Origin: Christensenellales bacterium
GTDB taxonomy: Bacteria > Bacillota > Clostridia > Christensenellales > CALWSW01
Direction of reading: 5' to 3'
DNA: 64,000 bases
Assembly: GCA_040768925.1 (NCBI GenBank)
Contig: JAXGLZ010000001.1
Span: forward strand, 607,016 to 671,015
Each line of letters begins with the position of its first letter. Positions within the stretch are counted from its first letter, which is position 1. Of the stretch, positions 27,837-37,708 are shown one piece after another. Made by a program: the position numbers and the translations under genes. The notes beneath the pieces are model-generated. The model was not told the DNA's origin, did not search any database, and saw only the letters and a list, made by a program, of their open reading frames with translations.

Positions 27837-28042
27837 AAGGGAACGCGTCCCCAAACCCGGCGGTCAGGCTGTTCAGATTGCGCCCCGGTGAAGGCCGCGC
27901 ATGGATTCCGTTCCTGCGGGGCGCGTCATTCCCGGTCAAGGAATTCATCGAAGGCGGCTTCTTCGCGAAAAACGGGATCGAATCCCTTGTCTGATCCTTC
28001 ATCGCGCGGGCAAACGTTCTTCCCGACGCAAAAACGCAAACA

Positions 28043-28076
28043 AACGCCCCTGGTTGCAGAGCATCAGGGGCGTTTT
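28043..28076. terminator. Terminator between the convergent kinase and gldA genes
   Basis: AACGCCCCTG-(12 nt)-CAGGGGCGTTTT. Confidence 0.7.
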
Positions 28077-28111
28077 GCATTTGGCGGGCCGGGCGAACAG
28101 AAACGCCGCCG

Positions 28112-29221
28112 TCAAGGGGCGGCTGCGCGCCGCGCCATGTAACCGCGGCCGAGCGCGTCGGCGGCGATGATCGCGTCCACGAGCATTTGGGGCGTTACGG
28201 CGAAGGGCATGCGGCGCATGGATACCAGATTGCAGGCGGTTTCGGCAACTTTCATGATTTCCTCCCGGCTGATCCGCGCGATGCCCAACCCGGCCAGGGT
28301 GACCGGCAGCCCGACGTCCAGGCAGAAGTTCATCACCTCGTCCAGCTCGGCCCCGGGGGCGTTTTCCAGCACGAGCTGGGCCAGCGTGCCGAAGGCGACC
28401 TTTTCGCCGTGATAAAACCCGTGGGTTTCGGGTATCTGCGTGAAGCCGTTGTGGATGGCGTGGGCCGCGGCCGTGCCGCAGTTTTCGGCGCCCACGCCGG
28501 AAAGATAGGTGTTGGCTTCCACGATATGCTCCACCGCCTTGGTGCAGACTTTGGCGTTCACGGCGGCCAGCGCCTGAACGCCTTCCGCGATCAGCGTGTC
28601 ATAGCAGGTTTTTGCCAGCGCCGTCGCGGCGAGGGTGCACTTCCCGCCGAAGGTATGGGCGCTGTCCGACCGCCGGCAGGCGCGGGCTTCGAAATAGGTC
28701 GCCAGCGCGTCCCCCATGCCGGCGACCAGCAGGCGCGCCGGGGCCTTGCTGATGACTTCGGTGTCGACCAATACCATGTTGGGGTTGTGGGGAAAGTAAA
28801 TATGGGATTCGAACACGCCTTCGTCGCTATAGACGAGGGACCCTGAAGTGCAGGGCGCGTCTGTGCTGGCGGCGGTGGGAACGACGGCCACGGGCGCGTT
28901 TGCGTAAAACGCCGCGGCCTTCGCGGTGTCCTGCGCTTTGCCGCCGCCGATGCCCACGACCACGTCGCAGCCGGAGTCCCGATACGCCGCCAGCACGCGG
29001 TCGATCTCGCTGCGCGAGCATTCCCCGCGGAAGATTTCGTAGACCGGCGCCGTTCCAAATTCCCGCGCGCTTTCCGCGATTTTGCCTTCCACCCGGGCCT
29101 TGCCGGAAGCGCTGACCAGAATAAACGGGGCTGTTCCCATGCTTTGAAGGTGTTTGCACAGCTCGCCGAGCACGCCGTAGCCCTGAATATAGCGTTCCGG
29201 GCAGCCAATGATAGTCGCCAT
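28112..29221 (-). CDS. gldA: Glycerol dehydrogenase (iron-containing alcohol dehydrogenase family)
   Basis: ERYIQGYGVLGELCKH..., GIGGGKAQDTAKA, and metal-ligand His residues in AAAHAIHNGFT...HGEKVAFG. AGGAGG RBS. Confidence 0.88.
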   Translation of the reverse strand: MATIIGCPERYIQGYGVLGELCKHLQSMGTAPFILVSASGKARVEGKIAESAREFGTAPVYEIFRGECSRSEIDRVLAAYRDSGCDVVVGIGGGKAQDTAKAAAFYANAPVAVVPTAASTDAPCTSGSLVYSDEGVFESHIYFPHNPNMVLVDTEVISKAPARLLVAGMGDALATYFEARACRRSDSAHTFGGKCTLAATALAKTCYDTLIAEGVQALAAVNAKVCTKAVEHIVEANTYLSGVGAENCGTAAAHAIHNGFTQIPETHGFYHGEKVAFGTLAQLVLENAPGAELDEVMNFCLDVGLPVTLAGLGIARISREEIMKVAETACNLVSMRRMPFAVTPQMLVDAIIAADALGRGYMARRAAAP

Positions 29222-29585
29222 GGTCTTTCCTCCTGATGCGCATCGTTTTCGGAGCGGCCGATCCTGATGGCTGCGGTTTTTTTGCCGCGCGCCGCCGGGG
29301 AAAGCACGTCCCCCTTTTCTATTGTACCGGACACGCGGAAAAATTTCACGCGTTTCTCATGAAAAGCGCCGTATGAACCGCGATAAAAGCGCGCAGGCTC
29401 CCGTTTTGGCGCCCAAAACCGCGCTTGCGCGGGGCCGGTGCGTGCGCGGATGTTTTTCGCGCGGGGAAACCGGAGCAAACGATTTTGCTTTGACGCGCCG
29501 GTTCAAAAGACGCCGCTTTGGCCAAACGCAAATCATACGCCCCGCAAGGCGGGTTCGGATCATACCGTTTTGGCTGAGGCGGGCA

Positions 29586-29620
29586 AGAAAATACCGCGAA
29601 CCACGGTTGGCGGTTCGCGG
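29586..29620 (-). terminator. Rho-independent terminator after the surface-protein gene
   Basis: Minus strand: CCGCGAACC-gccaaccgt-GGTTCGCGG followed by TATTTTC. Confidence 0.6.
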
Positions 29621-29659
29621 CAGCTTGCCCGGCGTCACGCCGGCATGATCGTTCGGTTT

Positions 29660-32518
29660 TTATACCACGATGCGGCATTCGCGGATCTTGGTGTTGCCCT
29701 TGGTGTTGACGTAAACCCGATAGGCGCCGACCGTATAGGTATCCGCGGCGTTGTTTTGGATCGTAAAAGTATCCGTGTATACCTTTGCCGTGCCGTCGGA
29801 ATACAGCTCGGTTACAGCAATGGTCAGTTCGTTTGTGCTGCCGGGAATTTTGTTGACCGAAGCGGATGCCTGCGCGCCCGTTTTCACGGCGGCGGGGATC
29901 GGCGGTTCGGCCCAGATGACGACGGCGGGGTCCTCGCCCACATTCTGGGTGGTCTCAAAGACCTTTTTCTGGTAGGTCGCCTCAAAGGGATAGCCGGTGG
30001 GCAGCATTTCCATCGTGCTGCCGGTTTTGCCGCTGCCAAAGGTTTTCCAGCCGCCGGCATAGAACTTTGCCGCGGCCTCAAGGGGCGTTCCGTGGCCGTC
30101 CAGCAGGTTGAAGGATACCAAAACGGTTTCAAATCGCACTGCTCCGTCTGCGGCAACGTCCTGGGTTTTTTGCACCCGCGCGCCGAGGTAGTTCACCTCA
30201 AAGGGGTAGGAACCGGGCAGCAGTTCCGCCGGGGTTCCGGTTTTGCCGAGGCTCCTCCAGCCGCCCGCATAGTATGCGGCGTTGGCGGTGAGCGGTTCAT
30301 TCGTCGAGCTTGTGAGCGTTACCGTCACGGGAACGGTTTGGAACACGACGACGGGGTCAAGGGAGATATCCTGGGATTTTTGGATCGAGGCGCCCTTGTA
30401 ACCGACGCCGAAGGAATAGGTGCCGGGCATCAGCTCCAGCGCGGCGGGGGTTCTGCCGGGAATGGTTTTCCAGCCGCCGGCGTAATACTGGGCCGCGCCA
30501 TCAAGCGGCTCGCCCGTGGAGCTCAGCAGCTGCACCACTACGCCCACGCTGTTGAAGGTGATGAAGGAACTCTCGGAAAGATCCTGGGTCTGTTTTGCGG
30601 TCGTACCGCCCAAGGTCATGCTGAAGGACAGGGATTTCGCCTTGTTGCCTGCAAGCATGCCGAAGCAGGTGCCGTCCGCCCCCGTCATGCCAAGGTCGCG
30701 CCACGCGCCGTCGTAATATTGGGCTTTGCCGCCTTCAACCGGCTGGCCGCCGCTGCCCAAAAGCCTGGCGTAGGCGATGGTGTATTCCAGGGATTGCCCG
30801 GCAACAGGGGTGATGGGCTGGGTCTTTTTGGGGAAGCCGCCGCCTTCGAAATAAAACTTGATTTCAACGGGCAAAAGCTCCACGGGTTCGGTATAGGTGA
30901 ACCATTTTGTGGTGTAGAAGGTGAGTTTTCCGCTTGCGAAGCGGATCGTGACGCGGCCGGTTTGGAACAGCACCTCGGAAGCGTCCGCCACGTTGATTTT
31001 GCGCTGCTGGCGCGCGCCGTTGTGGATGACTTCGAAGGTGTGTTCCACGGGCAGAAGCTCCATGGCGGCGTTGGTTTCGCCCTCGCCGTTATCGCCGAAG
31101 GGCTGCCATTTGCCGGCGTAGAAGTTGGCCGTGCCGCTTAAGGGCGCGCCTGCGGAATCGAGCAGCTTGAAGGTGAAGGCCCTTGTGGTGAAGGTGACTT
31201 CCGTTGCGCCGGACACCGTGACCTTTTGGTTCTGGAGGGCGCCCTTGTAATTCATCTGGAAGGTATACGCCTGTTCGAGCATTTCCATAGAGGTGTTTGC
31301 CGCGCCTTCGCCGTTATCGCCGAAGCGCAGCCAGCCGCCCGTGGCCGTGCCGTAGTGGCTGACGGCGCCCGAAAGGGCATTGCCCGTGGAGCTGATGAGC
31401 TTCACGCTGACGGGCACGGTTGTAAAGCTGAAAACCGGATTTTCGGACATGCGCTGATTGAGCTGCACCCGGCCGCCTTTATAGTCGAGGGCCACGGCGG
31501 TGGCGCTTTTGCCCCCGGGCAGCGCCAGCACAGCCGTGCCGGTTTCGTCGGTGACGGCGGCGCTGCTCACCCATCCGCCGGCGTAATAGGAAACAACGCC
31601 CCCCGCAAGGCCTTTGCCTGTGCTGCTCTTCAGCGTTACGAGGGCGAAATTGAGGCTGATCGGGTCTTGACCGATTGTGAGGATGCGGGTGAACTGCGGC
31701 TTCACCGAGCCGCCGAAGAAGAATTTGTATTCGCCCGGGAACATTTCGCCCGGCTGCTTGCCGTCTGAAAGCCTGTAGTAGCTATGGTCGCTCCCGAGGT
31801 AATCGATGACTCCGGAGTGATTGAACTGCACCCGCGTTGTTTTAAAGACGTGGTCGATGCCATCCCGCGTGATCTCCACGGGGATATAGCCCGAGCGCGT
31901 TCCCTTGTAACCGGCCTGTATGCCGTAGGTTCCGGCAAACAGCTCCCGGGCGGCGATGCCGTTTTCGTCGGTTTTGCCGAAGGTGGGGTAGGAGGAAGAC
32001 GCGTGGTAGGAAAGGCTGACGTTTGCAAGGGGTTCGCCAAAAGAGTTTTGCACTTTGACGCGCGCCTCAGTGGTGGCGAAGTCCACCTGAAGGCCTTCCG
32101 CGCCAAGCACAATTCCCGTTTGGACCGCCTTTGTATGCTGGTAACCGGCGGTCACGTTGTATGTGCCGGGTGTTAGGCTGAGCGCCAGCGTGCCGCCGCT
32201 GTCGCTCGTTCCCACGGATATCACGCTGCCGCCATACTAGCCGCCGCTCATGGAAAAGCTGACTCCCGCGAGCGGGTTGCCCTTGCTGTCTTTGACGGTA
32301 ATCGTCATCGGCGCGGTATCGGCGGTTGATGCAAGGGCGGAGGGGTCAGCCGGCTGTTCCCCCGCGTCCGGCAGTGCGATGTCCCCAGCCGGCGCGGGCT
32401 CGCTTTGCTCTGGTTCGGGCGCCGCCGTGTTCTCCTCCGCCAGCGCGTAAGAAGGCAGCAAGAGGAGCATGACGCACAGTGTGAGTACGAGTGAATACAG
32501 CCATGATCGTTTTTTCAT
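29660..32518 (-). pseudogene. Large secreted repeat protein (~10 CarboxypepD_reg/Ig-like repeats carrying a YYAGGW motif), interrupted by an in-frame TAG at 32237-32239
   Basis: Signal peptide MKKRSWLYSLVLTLCVMLLLLPSYALA with a GGGAGGA RBS at 32518. Track ORFs 32237..32683 and 29660..32224 are in the same frame (...SFSMSGG*YGGSVISVG...). There is no LPxTG or other C-terminal anchor. Confidence 0.7.
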
Positions 32519-33177
32519 GAATACGTCCTCCCGATTGATCATTTGGTTATTCCTATGAGTTCCTGCCGAATGGTTGGCCGCATGCAGCATGCCGCGCGCC
32601 AACCATGCTCCAATAAAAAAACCCGGGCCAAAAAGGCCAAGGCCGGTTGCACAATAAGCTCCGCATTTCCCATAAGTGCCCAACGAAGGGAAATATCTCG
32701 TTGCTTCCTTGTAATATATATAAGTTTATATCCTTTTAAGAAAAAGTCAACCGAAACGCCAGCATTCGGCAAATAAACCGTTCGACAAAAAAACGCAAAA
32801 AGATTTATATGGGCAAATGCGGCAATACCGCGGTTGGCGGCCGAAGGGAATGAGCATGCGGGAAAACGCGCTTGCGCAAGTTGTTTCAGGGTCCAGAAGT
32901 CTAATTTAAGGATTTCTCCACGCGCGCAATCAAGGGTTTTTGATTTGGTTCAGGGCTGCCCTGGTTTTGCCAAACGCTCAAAAACCGTTGGGGCCGGCCT
33001 TTCCGATAATCCGTAAGGCAGGCATGCAGGGCGGTCCGATTTCCCTCGTTCCCGGCGGGATTTCCCTTAGGGCCGGGGCAGTCCGTTTCATTTGCCGCCG
33101 GCGGCGCGGCCTGCCCTTCGAATCCCCTGAGCGCAGGCCAAAACAAAAGACCCCCGCCGCGCGGAGGCTTTCTGTTT

Positions 33178-33254
33178 TGGCGTTCCCGGCGGGATTCGAA
33201 CCCACGGCCTTCCGCTTAGGAGGCGGACGCTCTATCCTGCTGAGCTACGGAAAC
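33178..33254 (-). tRNA. tRNA-Arg (anticodon CCU), CCA encoded
   Basis: Minus strand: GTTTCCGTAGCTCAGCAGGATAGAGCGTCCGCCTCCTAAGCGGAAGGCCGTGGGTTCGAATCCCGCCGGGAACGCCA. It has a 7-bp acceptor stem, a D-loop AGCTCAGCAGGATAGAGC, the anticodon loop CT-CCT-AA, and a T-arm GTGGGTTCGAATCCCGC. Confidence 0.93.
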
Positions 33255-33513
33255 ATCTTTCTTTTTGCGGCGTTTTTCAAGCGCCAAGACAGCATGTGCA
33301 TTGTACATCAATTCGCGCCCATCGTCAAGAAAAGAAAGGCCGGAAAAGCCGCCGCGCGGTTATCGCAAACGCCTGCCGCGCACAATAAAATACAGCGTCG
33401 CTTTTTGGCGATTAAACGGATTTTGCAAAAAATGATCCGCTTTTTAGCCGCGCAAAACGGCGGTTAACCCCGAAGCGGACGGAACATAATAGTGGGGGAA
33501 AGGAGGTACGAGC

Positions 33514-34281
33514 ATGAAAAAAATCAGAATAGCCGCCGTGTGCATAGCGGCGGTTCTTGTTTGCCTCGCCGCGTGCAAAAGCGGCGAAACGCCGGAAAAA
33601 GGAAGCCCGAAAAGCCCCGGGCCCACCGTAGAATCCGCCCAAAGCGCGCCGCAAAAAACCGAAACCGTGCCCGAGCCGGAAAAAACTCCGGAAACTGCGC
33701 CCGCTCCTTTGCAGGAGCAGGAACAGCCGCCCCAAACGCCCGAACCCGCCGTCAATCCGGCCACTTCTTTCACCCGCATGAGCTACAAAGAGCTGGTGGC
33801 GGACGACGGCAGCAGGGAGGAGTTAAAAGAGCTTCCAAAGGACGACGGCTATACGGTCGAGGTCGATTTGACGAACTGCATCGTCACGGTTTTTGCAAAA
33901 GACGGCAGCACGGCCCTTCAGGCGCTCTGCACCGTGGGGAAGAAAGAAACCCCCACGCCCGCGGGGGAATTCAAAATGGGCAGTCAAAGGGAAAGGTTCG
34001 GCTATTTTAAAAAATACGACTGCTACGCCCAGTACTGGTCCCAGATCGACGGAGAGATCTTTTTTCATTCGGTGCTGTATCACGAGCCGGACGAAGACAC
34101 GCTGATCAAGACGACGTACCGAAATCTCGGGAGGGCGACCTCCCACGGCTGCGTCAGGCTGACCGTTCCGGACGCGAAATGGATTTATGAGAACGTCGGC
34201 GTGGGCAGCAAGGTCATCATTCGCGAAAAAGAAAAAGACAAAGCCCTGAAGGACAGCCTGAAGCTTCCCAAAGCGGGATGA
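33514..34281 (+). CDS. L,D-transpeptidase (YkuD-domain) lipoprotein
   Basis: Lipobox VCLAAC, a P/E-rich linker, and the YkuD catalytic motif SHGCVRL. AGGAGG RBS. Confidence 0.88.
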   Translation: MKKIRIAAVCIAAVLVCLAACKSGETPEKGSPKSPGPTVESAQSAPQKTETVPEPEKTPETAPAPLQEQEQPPQTPEPAVNPATSFTRMSYKELVADDGSREELKELPKDDGYTVEVDLTNCIVTVFAKDGSTALQALCTVGKKETPTPAGEFKMGSQRERFGYFKKYDCYAQYWSQIDGEIFFHSVLYHEPDEDTLIKTTYRNLGRATSHGCVRLTVPDAKWIYENVGVGSKVIIREKEKDKALKDSLKLPKAG

Positions 34282-34354
34282 TCGGGCCGGCCGCGCGCCG
34301 GCGTCAAAAACGCAGGCTCTCCGGCCGGGCAAAGGCAGCCGAAAAAGCCCTGAC

Positions 34355-36583
34355 TCAAGGCTCGCAGCCGCCCACCACCCGGGCGGCGATCACGGTCATA
34401 TCATCCTTGCATTCCCGCTTTGCGGCGGCTTCCGCAAGGCAGATCGCGGCGCCCGTGGGATCGCCGCAGGCGCAGGTGGAGGCCAGAGCCGGCAGCTCTG
34501 CGCCCAGCGCTTCGTAGATCCCGTCGCTCACGAAGATCAGCCAGTCGCCCTCCTTTAGGGTGAAGGAGTGGCGTTGTGGCGGGGCTTCGTCCAATATGCC
34601 CAGGGGAAGGGAATCCCCCGAAAGCAGGGTGACCCCGCCGGAGCTGATCCAGACCGTGGGCGCGGCGGATTGTTTGGCGCATTCGCATCTTCCGGTAACA
34701 AGGTCCACCAGGCAGCAGTCCAGGGTGGTGAACATATCCCCCTCGGACCGAAGGGCCAAAAGCCGGTTGACCGCGGAAAGCGTGGACAGAAGATCCACCC
34801 CGGCGCGCAGCAGCTTTTCCAGCAGGGCGATGGCGTCTTCGCTTTCCCGGGCCGCCTTTTTGCCGGTGCCCATCCCGTCCGAAAGGGCGGCGAGATACCT
34901 TCCGTCCGGAAGACCCGTTGCGATGGCCGTATCGCCGGAGACTTCCCCGGCGGATTTTTTTGCGATCCCCGCGTGGATCTCCAGCGTGCGGGCCTCCTCG
35001 TAAACCGCCACGCAGCCGTCTTTGCACCGCCTGCCGGAAATCCGCATCTTCTGGCCGCAGGCCTCGGAAACCGCCCGCTGCATGCGGCTGTCGCACTGGT
35101 TTGTGCAGCGGGTGCAGGAAACGGTCACCGTCAGCCTGCCCCCCGCGCGCTGGGCGACCACGTCCTCCGCGGGGGTGAGCGCGGCGGAAAGCCGGGCGAG
35201 CACGCCGCTTTCCAGCCTGTCGTCAAAGCGCACCTCGGAAACGATCCGCTTTGCCAGCGTGTCCACAACAGAACCGACGCCCACAAGCTGCTTGCCGGAA
35301 AGCAGGGCGCTGCGCTCCGCCCGTTCCTCCGCCGACTGCTCCCGCTTTTTGGATTCGTCCAGCGCGCGCAGGGCGGAACACAGCCCCTCCAGCCTGGGGC
35401 AGCGGCTCAGCCGGAAGGGGGGGTCGCCGTTCATGGCGGAATAAAGCTCTAAATAGAGCCGGGCCTCGTCGCCCCAGCAGCGCCGCTGCGCCGCGCAGTC
35501 CCGGCAGATGGGCTGCAGGGGCCGTATGTCCGCCGCGCTCGCCTCGGGCTTCTTTTTTTGCAGGGGTTTGGCAAAAAGCTCGCCCATTTCCGCAAAGGCG
35601 GAAGAAAACTCCGTCAGCCTGGTTTTCAAAAGCTCCCGAAGGCGGAACAGGTATTCCTGCCTGCTGCGCTCCCGGCGCAGGGAGGCGTTGACGAACCGCC
35701 CCACCTCGGAAATCACCCGGTTCGGCATCGCGAGAAAAAGCGCGGCGGAAAGCACCGAAGCGGCAAAGGCGGCGGCGTCCGCCCGGGAATAGACCGTGAT
35801 GGCCGCGCCGGAAAGCAGGCAGCCCGCCGCGGTGCCCGGCCTGCCCAGTTTTTTCATGCCGCCGGCGATCACGCCCATCGTCCCGAGGGAAACGAGCACG
35901 TCGCTCGTGCCGCCCAGGGCGAGCATAACGCCCAGGGCGATCCCGCAGGCCGCGCCGGCGCCGGCCCCGCCGGTATAGGCCAAAAGCAGCGTCACGCAGC
36001 CCCCGAGCACGGCGGAAAGAGAGATCCCCAGGGGCGCGACGTCCGCAAGGCCCAAAAGGGCGGTGCCGCAGAGGATGCAAAGGGAGACGACTTCCTCTTC
36101 GGAAAGGATTTTTCGTATTTTGAGGGTAAGAACCGTGCGCATTGCGGAAAGATAGACCGAAAAGAGCAAAACCGCGGCCAGGGCGGAAAGCCCGCCCATC
36201 ATCGCCGAATAGGGCGAGGAGATCCGCATGGTAACAAGGGCGGCCAGCTCCCCCAGGCCGATGGCGAGGGTCACCTGCCGCTTGACGGTCCTGCCCGAAT
36301 ACCGCTTCAGAGCCCAGGCCGCGGCCAGGGTGATTGAAAGGGAAATTGCGCCGTCTGCCGAGACGACGGTGGCAAGGCCGGCAAAACAGCCCAAAAGGGC
36401 GGAAACCGGCAGCCCCGCGCACCAGGCGGCCGCGGCGGCCGCCGTGGCGAAGGGCGCAAGGGAATCGGGCAGCTTTGCCCTCGCGATCAGCAAAAACGCG
36501 GCGAAAAGCCCCGCGTTTAAGGCAACCTCCCGCACTGCAGGCATTTTCAGCCCGCGCAGCAGACGCTCGACAGCTTTTTGCAT
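34355..36583 (-). CDS. spoIIE: Stage II sporulation protein E (SpoIIE, PP2C phosphatase)
   Basis: A ~300-aa polytopic N-terminal region is followed by a central regulatory region and a C-terminal PP2C domain (ALSDGMGTGKKAARES...LIFVSDGIYE). Confidence 0.85.
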   Translation of the reverse strand: MQKAVERLLRGLKMPAVREVALNAGLFAAFLLIARAKLPDSLAPFATAAAAAAWCAGLPVSALLGCFAGLATVVSADGAISLSITLAAAWALKRYSGRTVKRQVTLAIGLGELAALVTMRISSPYSAMMGGLSALAAVLLFSVYLSAMRTVLTLKIRKILSEEEVVSLCILCGTALLGLADVAPLGISLSAVLGGCVTLLLAYTGGAGAGAACGIALGVMLALGGTSDVLVSLGTMGVIAGGMKKLGRPGTAAGCLLSGAAITVYSRADAAAFAASVLSAALFLAMPNRVISEVGRFVNASLRRERSRQEYLFRLRELLKTRLTEFSSAFAEMGELFAKPLQKKKPEASAADIRPLQPICRDCAAQRRCWGDEARLYLELYSAMNGDPPFRLSRCPRLEGLCSALRALDESKKREQSAEERAERSALLSGKQLVGVGSVVDTLAKRIVSEVRFDDRLESGVLARLSAALTPAEDVVAQRAGGRLTVTVSCTRCTNQCDSRMQRAVSEACGQKMRISGRRCKDGCVAVYEEARTLEIHAGIAKKSAGEVSGDTAIATGLPDGRYLAALSDGMGTGKKAARESEDAIALLEKLLRAGVDLLSTLSAVNRLLALRSEGDMFTTLDCCLVDLVTGRCECAKQSAAPTVWISSGGVTLLSGDSLPLGILDEAPPQRHSFTLKEGDWLIFVSDGIYEALGAELPALASTCACGDPTGAAICLAEAAAKRECKDDMTVIAARVVGGCEP

Positions 36584-36907
36584 TTGTTCACGCCCTTTTT
36601 TGCCCGGATGGACAGGTATTCACCTGCCATTGTATAGCGGTTGTGACGCGAATACCGTCGAGACAGCGGGGGTAATTCGTGTTATAATGTGATGAATCAT
36701 GAATCGAGAAAAGAAAGGAGCCCTCGGCCCGGTTCGCGGAATGCGCGCGAAACACGGGCGGTTTTTGCCGTGTTTTTTGCGTTTTGGACGGCGCCGGCCG
36801 CGATGCGGGCGGACTGGCGGTCCGATTGCGGTTTTTTCGGGTAGCGCGGCAAAACGGATCGGACGCGCGGCCCGTGCCGCGTATCCTGCCGCCGGGATGA
36901 TGAACGA

Positions 36908-37381
36908 ATGTACATCAAGCGTATGGTACAGGGGGCGCTGATCGCGGCGATCTACGCGGCGCTCACCCTTTTGCTGGCGCCCATCGGCTACGGCCTAATG
37001 CAGATCAGGGTTTCCGAAGCGCTGTGCGTGCTGCCGCTTTTTACCCCCGCGGCGGTGCCGGGGCTGTTTGTCGGGTGTTTGCTGGCGAATTTGATCGCCG
37101 GGCTGGGGATTTACGACGTGGTCATCGGCAGCCTTGCCACCCTTGCGGCGGCCGTGATCACCCTGCTTTTGAAAAAACGCTCCCCCTGGATCGCGCCGCT
37201 GCCCGCGGTGATCGTCAACGCCCTGGCCGTGGGGGCGATGCTGGCCTACCTCGTCGGCGTGGGGGAGAGCTTTGCCGTTTGTGCGGCGTATGTCGGCGCG
37301 GGGGAGCTGATCGCCTGCTACGCGCTGGGGATGCCCCTTTATTTCGCGCTGAAACGGGTGAATCCCGAGGTGTTCGAATAA
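36908..37381 (+). CDS. queT: QueT-family queuosine-precursor transporter (ECF S-component-like)
   Basis: MVQGALIAAIYAALTLLLAPIGYGLMQIRVSEALCVLPLFTPAAVPGLFVGCLLANL is typical of QueT. About 5 TM helices, 157 aa. Confidence 0.8.
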   Translation: MYIKRMVQGALIAAIYAALTLLLAPIGYGLMQIRVSEALCVLPLFTPAAVPGLFVGCLLANLIAGLGIYDVVIGSLATLAAAVITLLLKKRSPWIAPLPAVIVNALAVGAMLAYLVGVGESFAVCAAYVGAGELIACYALGMPLYFALKRVNPEVFE

Positions 37382-37383
37382 AC

Positions 37384-37708
37384 AAAAAACCGGCCCGTGC
37401 TTAAGGCCGTTCAGGGCGTCAAAAAAGGCCCGCGGGCCTTTTTCGTCGGAAGGTTTTCCGCTTCGCGCAAGGTCGTCGGCAAAGCCGACATCATTCCTTG
37501 ATGAAGTGCCGGAATCTATGATTCCGGCCAGGGAAATTTTGGTCACAAGTGACCGAAATGGCGCCGCAAAACTGACGCCCCAGTTGTTGGCGCAGCCAAC
37601 AACTGGGGCGTCAGTTTTGATTGAAGCTCAGGGGCTGCGGCCCCTGAAACCCCTGGATAGGGGTTTTTCGACAGTCTGAAAACCGGCCCGTGGTAAAGGC
37701 CGGTTTTT
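37384..37708 (+). repeat. Type-1 modular hairpin repeat, copy C (element about 37412-37677), between two copies of the queT/neuD terminator hairpin
   Basis: AAAAAACCGGCCCGTGCTTAAGGCCGTT (37384-37411) and GAAAACCGGCCCGTGGTAAAGGCCGGTTTTT (37678-37708) flank the element. This is the longest copy and carries every module, plus an extra 20-bp-stem hairpin (AAACTGACGCCCCAGTTGTTGG / CCAACAACTGGGGCGTCAGTTT). Confidence 0.8.

Noticed and set aside
36690-36907. A preQ1 riboswitch upstream of queT.
   Set aside because: I could not find the preQ1-I (…CCC…UA.AAAAACUA) or preQ1-II signatures in the 220-nt upstream region. No call can be made without a covariance-model search.
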